NCBI GenBank assembly: GCA_964016885.1
Contig: OZ024746.1
Span: 88,040,001 to 88,104,000, forward strand
Source: Eledone cirrhosa
Lineage: Eukaryota
Reading direction: 5' to 3'
Length of the DNA: 64,000 nucleotides
A program made the translations under genes and the position numbers. The notes under the pieces are model-generated. The model ran no database searches and was not told the DNA's origin. It worked only from the letters and a program-made list of their open reading frames with translations. Shown piece by piece: positions 53,000-64,000 of the stretch; the first letter of the stretch is position 1; each line of letters opens with the position of its first letter.

Positions 53000-53600
53000 C
53001 TGTCAGATGCTAAAAATTGCAAGTTAGTTAGGGAATATGACATAGAAAATGATCATAGAGGAATCTACTACACGTTTTAGAAAACTTTAGCCTTCGAGGA
53101 ATGTAAGGTTGATCATTTTCCAGAGAATATCGTACTGGGTAATTCTAATATAGTTGGTGTAAGGTCATTGTGGGGTCAAGGCAAATCCTGCATACAGGAA
53201 ATGGCATTAGCCCAAACTGTCCACACTGAGTGCAGTGGATTCAACCTGTTTCAAATAATCGAAATCTGCGTCCAATTTTTAAAGAGATATCAATCATTAC
53301 CTGTAATAAACTGGATAGTCTATCGGCCAGTGTAGAAGAACGGTATGAAATTCTATTAAATTCAGTGAAGATTTTAGGCGTTTCAACTTTATCTGGAGAG
53401 AAATCTGAAATCTGAGAGGTATTATTTTGACTAATAACATATGTTTATTCTGGAATATGAATGGAATTCTTGCAAGTGTTCCTGACCATTGTTTCAGATA
53501 TAGCTCCCAGGAAATATTCTATAATTATTTATAACCAGCAAAAGTAACCGGCGTTAACTTGAGAATGAAAATAGTCTTTATATATTAGAAAAAGTAAAAC
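53000..53600 (-). mobile_element. Possible LINE ORF1 remnant with a zinc knuckle
   Basis: Minus-strand HCTQCGQFG at about 53210-53238 resembles CxxCxxFGH. Boundaries are a guess. Confidence 0.3.
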
Positions 53601-53642
53601 AGGTTGCTTTCATATCTTTGGAATTATGAAGCATAATGATTC

Positions 53643-53711
<69 letters not shown>

Positions 53712-54907
53712 GTGAGAAATATAATAGATCTAACTGGAAATCTTTTCCGTCGCCTCTGCTTTCAAACTTATAATTAAATAATTAAAGCTTCGGAAGAGTT
53801 CGTTGAATGTGAGGAAAGTTTTCCCCTTGGCATCTTTATTTGACAGCTAAAATGTACGTAAAAAGGGTGTTAAACAAAAGCACCAAATATCCCTTATCTT
53901 CACCATGGAACTTTACATATAGAGCGAAGCTTTTTCCATATAAGTTATCCTTATAGATGGAATTATATGATAATTTGAGCTCAGTGAATTGTTGTTCTTA
54001 TTAGTATCACCATACTTTGATAAACACCAAATATCTGAGTGTCTTTGTGGTAAAGTGCATTTGAACAGTAATTAATATCACCTCACTTTGCTTAACTTTC
54101 GCTGACATATGTAAAACGACTTTATATAAGGTAATGCAATGTAGCTGAATTTCAACTGACATATTTTTTTTGTTTTTTTTTTATATTGTGCTATCATATC
54201 TTTTAAGATGAATTTAGGCAGTTTTGTAGGGCAAAGATTCATTCTTGAAAAATTCAGAAGTAGAAAGGAACAAAATAAACCATTCTTGAAAAGTTTGTTA
54301 TCTTAACTAGATTTGTAGATATTTTGTTTTCCTTAAGAACAGTTTGCTAAAATCTTAAAAAAAAAATGGTAATTTTTTCATTATTGAATTACAAACTTTC
54401 ATGAAAATTCGCGTGCATTTGTTTAGGAACAATAAGACGCAATCTTTCACGAGAGAGACAGAAGAGAGGCAGAATCCAGATAGCGAGAGTGTGAGAGAGT
54501 GAGAGAGTGAGACGGTGAGAGTAGGTGTGTGTGTGAGAGAGAGCGAGAGAGAGAGAGAAAAGAGAGAGAGAGAGAGAGTAAAGATCTAAGTGAAAATCCC
54601 TTCTGTCATCTCTGTTTCAAATGATTATTTAAACGCTTTCTCAAGTTCGGAATAGTAACGTTGGTTATCATGGACACGATTAGTCGACGCTGCTGCCAAC
54701 ATTACAACAACGGCTGACTTAGATTTACTTCCCTTGGCGGACGTTATGCATTACTTCTCTTGCCGTACGTTATGTATTGTGAAATAAATCTTCAAATACA
54801 CAGATATTTTATTATATTATATAGATTATCAGGTATTATAATAGCTAATATCATTATATATCCACATTTCAAATTTCCCAATATACACCCACACAAACAC
54901 ACACGCA

Positions 54908-54968
<61 letters not shown>

Positions 54969-55224
54969 GTGGTAAACTTGAAATATATATAATTGTTTCT
55001 ACTTTTGGCACAAGGCGAACAGTTAGCCAGTGCATTACTGGTATTTTATTTTATCGACCCCGTAAGGATCAAAGGCAAAGTTAACCTAAGCGGGATTTTA
55101 ACTCAGAATGGCAAGGGCCGTAACTCTGTGCGTCCATGCATGGCGTCCGACCCTTTACCGGTACTGCCAATCCACCGCCCTGGTTTTATAAAGATAGTTT
55201 TCATGTATTAATATCGTGATATAT

Positions 55225-56203
55225 CACCGATTTCAGGGACTAGACTCTTTCTTCCTCCCGTTTGACCTGTGCGAAATTCTTTCCTTGCTCACATTTCGAC
55301 CAGGTTTGATGGTCTTTATTCTGTCTCGTTCACGATTTCACATAGCTTATGTTCATCGATTTCAGGGTATTGACTCCTTCTTCCTCACTTTTCGTTGCAT
55401 TACCATTTTTGATTGTTTACATCTAGCTCGTTCCTCTTAATTAAATGTCCCAACGAGTTTCTTTAGCCGTTGCTCGCACCAACCGGAGGTATATGGTCTT
55501 TAAAGCGATGAAATACCAATAAAGGCTGGCAGATCACTGATGAAGGACTACATTTATTCATATGTAACCCATATGCAACCACGCAGCACGCCATCTTTTC
55601 ATATTCATATATATATAAATATTTTCCTCCGCTGTGACCCGTCTGTTTCTTTCTTACTGCTTCCTCTTTTCTCTGTATATTTCACTTCCCTTTACCCCAT
55701 AACAGACACTCTCTCTGTTAGCCTTTTCCTCACCTTTCACTAACACACTCTCTGCTACTCCCTCTCCTACTCCCTCCCGTTTGATCTGTGCGAAATTCTT
55801 TCCTCACGCCAACTTTGACCAGGCCGGTTGTTCTTTATTCTCTCTCGTCTACGATTTCACAAAACTTATGTTCACCAATTTCAGGGACTTGATACCTTCC
55901 TCCCGTTTGACCTGTGCGAAATTCAGTCCTTGCTAACATTTCGACCAGGTTTGATGGTCATTATTCTCTCTTGTTCACGATTTCAGATAACTTATGTTCA
56001 TCGAGTTCAGGGACTTGACTCCTTCTTCCTCACTTTTCGTTGCATTACCATCTTTGATTGTTTACAGTCTTGCAACGTTCCCCTTATTTACGTGTCCCAA
56101 CGAATTTCTTTAGCCGTTGCTCGCACCAACCAGAGGTATATGGTCTTTAAATCGATGAAATACCAATAAAGGTTGGTAGATCACTGATGAAGGACTAAAT
56201 TTA

Positions 56204-56208
<5 letters not shown>
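55225..56208 (+). mobile_element. Two direct copies of repeat family X, each ending in the permuted hammerhead-like motif (55446-55548 and 56092-56195)
   Basis: Aligned with each other and with 9891-10420 (minus) and 57207-57415 (minus). Confidence 0.85.
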
Positions 56209-56284
<76 letters not shown>

Positions 56285-56312
56285 ATAGAGGTGTAACACA
56301 CAAGTTATTATA

Positions 56313-56904
56313 TATTGGTAAACGGAATAGAAAATGCTGACAAATTGTTCACAGTTGAAAAATGGTTTAATTAGGAATAAAAGAGTATTAGTGATTGTAT
56401 GGGTTAGTTTTCAGTTGTGGTTTTAAGTTTTTAAGTTTTTACCGGTTGCGCATTTCTAAATGCTTTTCAATCTTGGCGCAAAACCAATTTTTTATTCACA
56501 TGACCTCTACCGACCAATCAAAATTGTTTTGACCACAAGAATTTTTGCTGGAGCCACTTTTTTAACATAAAAACAGTCTTGGCGCAAAATCAATTTTTTA
56601 CATTCACATGACCTCTACCGACCAATCAAAATTGTTTTGACCACAAGAATTTTTGCAAATTGGAGCCACTTTTTTAACATAAAAACAGGTAGAATTCCCA
56701 ACACTAATCAGAACAGAGCAAACAGCACGGACACTCTATCTCAAAATTATTTTTGAAAAGCATTTAGAAATGCGCAACCGGTAAAAACTTAAAAACTTAA
56801 AACCACAACTGAATACTAACCCATACAATCACTAATACTCTTTTATTCCTAATTAAACCATTTTTCAACTGTGAACAATTTGTCAGCATTTTCTATTCCG
56901 TTTA

Positions 56905-56910
<6 letters not shown>
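56313..56910. mobile_element. Fold-back element: about 157-bp arms (56313-56470 and 56753-56910), with a roughly 107-bp tandem duplication in the spacer
   Basis: The arms are nearly perfect reverse complements. The spacer units contain ACCAATCA and TGGAGCCACTTTT. Flanked by (TA)n. Confidence 0.88.
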
Positions 56911-56992
<82 letters not shown>

Positions 56993-57036
56993 AGTATATA
57001 TATGAGAACACAAGATGGTTAAAAGAGTTCCATGTA

Positions 57037-57102
57037 TTTTATTATGCGATTTCAAAAACAAATATCATCATGCAATAATATTTGTGTTCTCATCAGATAA
57101 AA
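57037..57102 (-). ncRNA. Type I hammerhead motif (family of 21010-21081)
   Basis: Reverse complement: TTTTAT-CTGATGA-GAACACAAATATTATTG.CA.TGATGATATTTGTTTTT-GAAA-TCGCA-TA-ATAAAA. Confidence 0.8.
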
Positions 57103-57844
57103 CAGGAGGACATGATATGAAGGTTAAAAAACACTTGTGGATAGTTCAGTTTTAAATCAACATATGTAAGTATATATATGTAGGTATATATATGTATATA
57201 TATATATGAATAAATTTAGTCCTTCATCAGTGATCTACCAACCTTCATTGATATTTCATCGCTTTAAAGACCATGTACCTCCGGTTGGTGCGAGCAACGG
57301 CTAAAGACAGTTGTTGGGACACGTAAATAAGGGGAACGAGCGAAACTGTAAATAATCAAAGATGGTAATGCAACGAAAAGTGAGGAAGAAGGAGTCAAGT
57401 CCCTGAAATCGGTGATATATCACGATATTAATACATGGAAACTATCTTTATAAAACCAGGGCCGTGGATGGGTAGTACCGGTAAAAGGGTCGGACGCCAT
57501 GCTTTGACGCATAGAGCTACGGCCCTTGCCATTCTGAGTTAAAATTCCGCTGAGGTAAACTGTGCCTTTCCTCCTTACGTGGTCGATAAAATAAAGTACT
57601 AGTAATGCACTGGCTAATTGTTGGCCTTGTGCCAAAAGTAGAAACAATTATATATATTTCAAGTGTACCACCCATATATATATATACGTGTGTGTGTGTG
57701 TGTTTGTGTGGGTGTATACTGGGAAATTTGAAATGTGGATATATAATGATATTAGCTATTATAATACTTGATAATCTATATATATATACTCCGGCCGTTC
57801 CCTCTAAAAAATGTGTAGTTCGACGGTCGCTTTCAAAATTCTTT

Positions 57845-58117
57845 TAGTTTTTTCTGAAATGCATGGTCTTAAACACGGTGATGAACCTGGGTTATTTCAT
57901 ATCTGTCAACAACTTACTGACGAAACATATCACTTTGGATTTGTACGTGTGTTATATAGTTATAAACGTATTTATTAACGCTTTAATATATATTTTTTTA
58001 TTATCGAGTCTATATTCTGCCTTTCGTAGTTTATAGATTCCATACACTGGTGGTTTTTCCCTGTTTTAATCATAGCGCAATGTATCTCTCTCTAGTGTGT
58101 TACCTTTTCAATATAAA

Positions 58118-58120
<3 letters not shown>
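57845..58120 (+). mobile_element. Family Y copy with a degenerate HHR (57873-57950)
   Basis: ACACG-GTGATGA-ACC...-GAAA-CATATC...GATTTG-TA-CGTGT. The 3' part matches the reverse complement of 37110-37240. Confidence 0.7.
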
Positions 58121-58172
<52 letters not shown>

Positions 58173-58232
58173 AAATAGTTTATCGCTCTACATGGCTGTA
58201 TACAATAAATGTAATCTGAGTTTTTCCAATAT

Positions 58233-58426
58233 TAATAACTGTTCCTACTTTTGGCACAAGGCCAGCAATTATCCCAGTGTAATATTGGTACTTTATTTTA
58301 TCGACCCCGTAAGGATGAAAGGCAAAGTTAACCTAGGCAGGATTTGAACTCAGGTCATAAAGGGCGGTAACTCTTTGCTGCAAAGCATGGCGTCCGATCC
58401 TCTACCGATACTGCTAATCTACCGCC
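58233..58426 (-). mobile_element. Full-length tRNA-derived SINE copy
   Basis: Aligns with the in-window consensus. Confidence 0.9.
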
Positions 58427-58437
58427 TTTTTAGAATA

Positions 58438-59677
58438 TCTGTATATATATAAAATTAAGTATGTGTCTGTGTGTCTGTGCATTACTTATAGGGCTTACAT
58501 CTTACCACCTATTTTTATGAAACTTTACAGGCTCATAGAATCGTCATCGGGGAGTGTTTTCTATATCTCAGCGTATCGCTTTTTTATTCCGGCGTCATTC
58601 TGCAGATAAACATTGATAGGAGTTGTCACCTTTTTTCAGGTATCGAAAAATAAGATTTTTGTTGTCTAGCTCCCACATTTTGCAATCCGATTTCGTTCAG
58701 ATTTTAAGGTAAAATAGAATTTATGATTGCACATCCTCTAATGCTTTTATATTTTGCAATTGTTGTTCAGTGACGGCGTGGCAGCTGCTTAAATATTGAA
58801 AAATACCACTTTTAGACTCAAATTTCTACTTTTTTCGGTTCTAGCTGCCACATTAATCAAGCTACTTTGTTCAAATTTTACACAACGCTAGATCTCATTA
58901 GTTCACGTCTGAAAGTGGATTTACATTTTTTGCTCAGGAACGGCGTGGCAGCCGCTTAAATATTCGAAAATACTACCTTTTCGCACAAATTTCAGCCTTT
59001 TCGGCTCTAGCTCCCACGTGTTTCAACTAATTTCGTTCAAATTCGAAACGTCGGCTCCACCTCACATATAAATCAATTTATTTGGTTCAACTTTTATAAT
59101 ACGATAAAACCTATCATTAGCTTCCACATTTTTCAACCGATTTTGTTCAAATTCGAAACTTCGGCTCCACCTCACACATAAATCAATTTATTTCGTTCAA
59201 CTTTTATACTACGATAAAACCTATCCTTGCACATCTTATAGTAGATTTACACTTTGCATTTTTTTTTTCAGAGACGGCGACCTATCATTAGCTCCCACAT
59301 CTTTCGACCTATTTCGTTAAAATTCGAAACTTCAGCTCCATCTCACACATAAATCAATTTATATGGTTTAACTTTTATACTACGATAGAAACTATCATTG
59401 TACATCTTATAGATGGTCAAAGGCAAAATGATGGCCACTGACGTCGTCTGAGCTTTTAGTTGTGTATTTGAGAATTCATCGGTTTCCAATCCCCGCCCAG
59501 CATGCCCCCTCGTCAGTCACCCGTGTTTCTCAGTGATAGAGGTCATTACCACCCTCCTCCGCATGGCATGTGTGTGGACATAGATGAGTCATCGAGAAGC
59601 AGTCGCTAAGATCAACACCTTTTTATCAAAGCAGATATTATTTTCCCTACCCAGGCAACGCTGGGTACTGCTGCTAG
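58438..59677 (+). mobile_element. Non-autonomous Helitron with internal tandem repeats
   Basis: 5' end A|TCTGTATATATATAAAA; 3' hairpin CCCAG.GCAACG.CTGGG then CTAG|T; no TSD; internal repeats at about 58660-59410. Confidence 0.85.
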
Positions 59678-60388
59678 TTAATAATTATATTAGATTCGTT
59701 TGCAATTATGCAAACACGCACGCACGCACGCATGCACGCACACACACATACACACACACACATCTACACATGTCTGTCTGTGTGTAACCTGTAAATATAT
59801 AAAACATAAAGTATGAGGAATGGTCATAAGTGGAGCTTAAAACCTTAAACAGCGCGTTTATTACATTAAAAAACATAATAAATGAATTAATATATCAGCT
59901 CTCATACCAGATTTAGCACATTTTCCCGATTTCCTTTTACATAACAACCGACCATTCGCGACATATTCATATTTGTATGTATGTTGCATGTACGTATGTA
60001 AATATTTAAGTATGTATGTTTGTATGTATTTATGTATCAATGTATGTACAAATGTATGTAAGTATTTATGTACATATGAATATGTCCCTGTATGCTTGCA
60101 TGAATGCATGTATATACAAATTAATGTAGAACCTTCTGATGAAAATGATTTGCGAAACTTAAGATATACTGACATTTTGACAGAATGAAAAATGATATAG
60201 ATGCCTGGTTGGATAAAATGATCGGTTAGTTTTATGGTGGATATATACTTTTATACGCATACGTATATGCAACGTTTTCTAAATATTTACTTTTGCGTTC
60301 ACAGACTGATTTTTTTTAGCTTCAGAAGATCCCTTTAAGGGTGAAAACATCGATTCTTTGCTTAAACTTTATTCTCTTATTTTAATAA

Positions 60389-60762
<374 letters not shown>

Positions 60763-60989
60763 GTATGTGTGTGTGTGAGAAATAATGTCGGTGCGCGTGT
60801 GTGTGTGTGGCAATATCCGTAGTTATGTTAAAGGAAAATGATAAAGAGTGCTCAATGAGGAAGAGATCAGAAATATCATATTATTTATTTATCTTCATAC
60901 ACGGAACAAAAGCGGTAGCCAATCTTTCAAGGCCTAATATTGTAATGTAAGTGTGATAGAAAGTTTGAACATTTCTGTCAAGAATATAA

Positions 60990-61355
60990 ATGTTTCTACT
61001 TTTGGCAGAAGGCCAGCAATTAACCAATGTATTACTGGTACTTTATTTTATCGACCCCGTAAGGATGAAAGGCAAAGTTAAACTCGGCGGGATTTGAACT
61101 CATATCGTAAAGGGACGTAACTCTGTGTTGCAAAGCATAATATGATTCAATAATATAATGTTACACAAATTCTTAGTTTCAGTTAGACTGATAAAAGAAA
61201 AGGATGCCGCAAAGTAGCAGAGGATTGTCCATTATTATGAGGTTGGCAGTATCCAAGAGAGAGTAGGACACCATTATTTGCAGTATAGAGTTACGGTCCT
61301 TTACGATCTGAGTTCAAATACCGATGAGGTTAACTGTGCCTTTCATCCCTTCAGT
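60990..61355. mobile_element. Two partial SINE copies: 60990-61138 (-) and 61241-61355 (+)
   Basis: Both align with the SINE consensus. Another diverged copy lies at about 61835-61950 (+). Confidence 0.8.
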
Positions 61356-61379
61356 TTTTATTATTCTACATACTATTTT

Positions 61380-61449
<70 letters not shown>

Positions 61450-61452
<3 letters not shown>

Positions 61453-61698
61453 GATTTAAAACTGCACTATTCACAAGTGTTTTTTAACCTTCATATCATG
61501 TCTCCCTATTTTATCTGACGAAAACGCAAATGTCATCGCATGATGATAATTGTTTTTGAAACGCGCATAATAAAATGCATGGAACTCTTTTAACCATCTG
61601 TTGATCTTATATATTATTTATACTCCAGTCCTACAAACTGTAGAGTGATACTTATTCGATATCTGCATTGCTTTATTGCACTATAATAAAACTCACCT

Positions 61699-61700
<2 letters not shown>
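61450..61700 (+). mobile_element. Solo HHR element with tail, in (TA)n; HHR at 61508-61576
   Basis: ATTTTAT-CTGACGA-AAACGCAAATGTCATCG.CA.TGATGATAATTGTTTTT-GAAA-CGCGCA-TA-ATAAAAT. Tail: TACTCCAG...GTAGAGTG. Confidence 0.85.
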
Positions 61701-61782
<82 letters not shown>

Positions 61783-63179
61783 TTTGCTTATGACATCGTT
61801 ATTTGTAGCATAGAATTATGTCCCTTTACTTTCTCAGTTCAAATCCTTCCTGATTAGCTTTACCTTTCAGCATTACTGCGGCGATGAAATAAAGCACCAG
61901 TAATGTACTGGGGTTAATTTTCTGATACTGTGGCAAAAGTAGTAACAATTACTATGAGGAGTACATCAAGTGAAAATCGTATCATTAGAAATGGGGGGGG
62001 GGGGTAAGTATATCTATCCACGTCTAAACATAAATGTGTCTGAATAGACCAATAACGTTCAAAAACCCAGTACAATGCAATAAAATCATTTAAGAGGTAA
62101 CGGATGGCAAGTAAAACAAAGCAAATCATATTGTATCCAATATATTTCAACATGATATTTCAGGACTATAAACCCCACATCAAATGTGAAGCACAAAGAA
62201 TACCGAACAAAAACATTACTTGGTGTTGTTTTATTTGTCATCATTTGCCCTTTATATATATTTAACACATTGTACCGCCCCCCTGGAAACTGATCAGACT
62301 TTTATTACATAACTCACAACGCTTTGTGTTACTAATACGACTTTATAAATATGTGTATTTGTATGAGCGTGCGTTTGTGTGATTGTGTGTATACATAAAA
62401 CGATTCATACTTTAATTCTAAAAGAAATACATCATCATTAACTATACGTCAGAAACCATGGAAGTAAATATGAAACAAAGGACAGCGACACGCTGAGACA
62501 AAGAATACTTACTCAGACAATATATAATTTTAATTAAATGAGGTGTTGAGACATGGGATATTCGCTTTTAGTAAAACTGAATTATATGAAGAACTTAAGT
62601 GATAAATATATTTGTATTTACACGTATATGGATATATAAAGAGTAGTCAGGTTTTTCTAAGAAACTTAGAATGAAATGAAATATAATTGAAGGAACAAGA
62701 AATGACAAGATACTAATAATAAGGTAAAGGATGGAGAAGTTTTTACTTGGAAAAATTCTCCAGTGTCAATAATGAAATTTGAATACTAAATACAAAATGT
62801 AGCACTCTTAACGGTGGTGGATTTTTTTTTGTATGGAATTTAGCAATAAAGTGACAGCTAACATTCGACTAAGACCCATAAAACCCTTAGCTGTCAAATA
62901 TATATGTTTTTCATTCCAACGGAGAAATACACAATACAGTAGCTTAGGAAGAACATTAATTTATAATTTTAAATACGCTTGCAGTCGAATAACCAAAACT
63001 GCACACACTATTTAAAGTAAAGGATCTTCTCTTCTCATAGCGAGTGCATGTGTGTGTGTTATGTATCTATAGGTACGTTGGAATCTGTACAAATACGAGT
63101 GAATCGTGTCATTGAATAAACAGATGCTCCCCCACGCAGAGTATCACATGTGTACATGCATTTTCCTCTTCTATTTTCA

Positions 63180-63363
63180 AGCACCTGACCGTCGTCGGTC
63201 CTGCCTTCGTTCCGGTATAAAAATTCAAGGAGACCGACGCCTGATGAAAAGGATGAAGGTCAACCTTCGGAGTCCTGATTTCCTTTTCATATTACCCACT
63301 TCACTACACCAAGTATCGAGTAACATGGTGAGTAATGATATAATTCGATTTTACCCCCTACGA

Positions 63364-63368
<5 letters not shown>
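63180..63368 (+). mobile_element. Diverged relative of the 19212/27718 family
   Basis: GAAA-AGG...CCT-TC-GGAGTCCTGA...ATTACCCACTTCACTACACCAAGTATCGAGTA, ending in (TA)n. Confidence 0.55.
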
Positions 63369-63403
<35 letters not shown>

Positions 63404-63733
63404 CAAAATGAGATACTGAGATTATATATATATCGTTTAAACATTATAATTATTTCCACAGTTCTCCATGCAATCTAGATGTCCTTTGTTGTTGATTATG
63501 AGAACGGTATCCTCAGAGGAAAATCCGATATGTTTGATATGTCGCTCGCAGGAAAAACACACGTCATATTGCTTGTGTGCCCAGCATACTTATGGGTTCC
63601 TTGAAGGGTTTGCCAGCCGTCGTGTTTGCTAGAAAAAGGTATCAACGTAAAAGAGAAAAAAAACAAAGAACTGTGTTTAGCCAAAGCCCAGTAGACAGTG
63701 GAAACAATAAATGGAGCTCTGAGGGAGGGTAGG

Positions 63734-63868
<135 letters not shown>

Positions 63869-63870
63869 TA

Positions 63871-64000
63871 TACGATATTAATAAGTGGAAACTATATTTA
63901 TAAAACCATATTTATCCCATTATACATATTTCAAGGACACCAAGTTAAATTATGGTGTGCTTTCATCATATAAAATGTAATATAGAACAGTTTTATAAAT
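63871..64000 (-). mobile_element. Copy of the 4997/15444 HHR family (core C3 mutated); runs off the window
   Basis: Same (TA)n-CGATATTAATAA junction, close match to 4997-5125. Confidence 0.85.

Larger units (their letters stand above)
54819..57782. repeat. About 3-kb nested inverted-repeat complex; outer arms 54819-55245 and 57395-57782 each include a SINE
   Basis: Reverse-complement match through unique flank, (CA)/(TA), SINE (54988-55180 minus; 57460-57650 plus) and family X sequence. Confidence 0.88.

Noticed and set aside
56745-56785. TTGAAAAG...GAAATGCGCAAC as a hammerhead
   Set aside because: The palindromic stem III is suggestive, but the core and cleavage U are not intact.
58660-59410. 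Repeat array as CRISPR-like
   Set aside because: Irregular, diverged internal Helitron repeats with no unique spacers, in a eukaryotic context.
60130-60175. CTGATGA...GAAACTTAAG
   Set aside because: No UH in register and no stem I.

Overview
AT-rich, microsatellite-dense non-coding animal DNA. An octopod cephalopod is inferred from the tRNA-derived SINE family, which I recognise from memory and not from a database search. No host gene could be supported; most listed ORFs are (TA)n/(CA)n/(CT)n artefacts. Decayed retroelements present: three Penelope-like elements (PLEs; RT plus GIY-YIG; Penelope/Poseidon-, Nematis- and Neptune-like), a Tx1/L1 LINE, an RTE fragment, CRE-type RLE fragments, more than ten SINE copies and two or three non-autonomous Helitrons. 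The main hidden structure is about 20 type I hammerhead-ribozyme (HHR) motifs from roughly a dozen unrelated short repeat families. They sit in (TA)n tracts, often as tail-out fold-back insertions with a shared layout. Several share a C·C or C·U mismatch at stem II position 4, a palindromic stem III, a downstream AATAAA and an ACTC...GAGT tail motif. One family (4 copies) carries all hammerhead core elements with compensatory pairing but in reversed strand order, a candidate non-canonical (pseudoknotted or multimeric) hammerhead topology. All RNA structures were folded by eye and none has been tested for activity.
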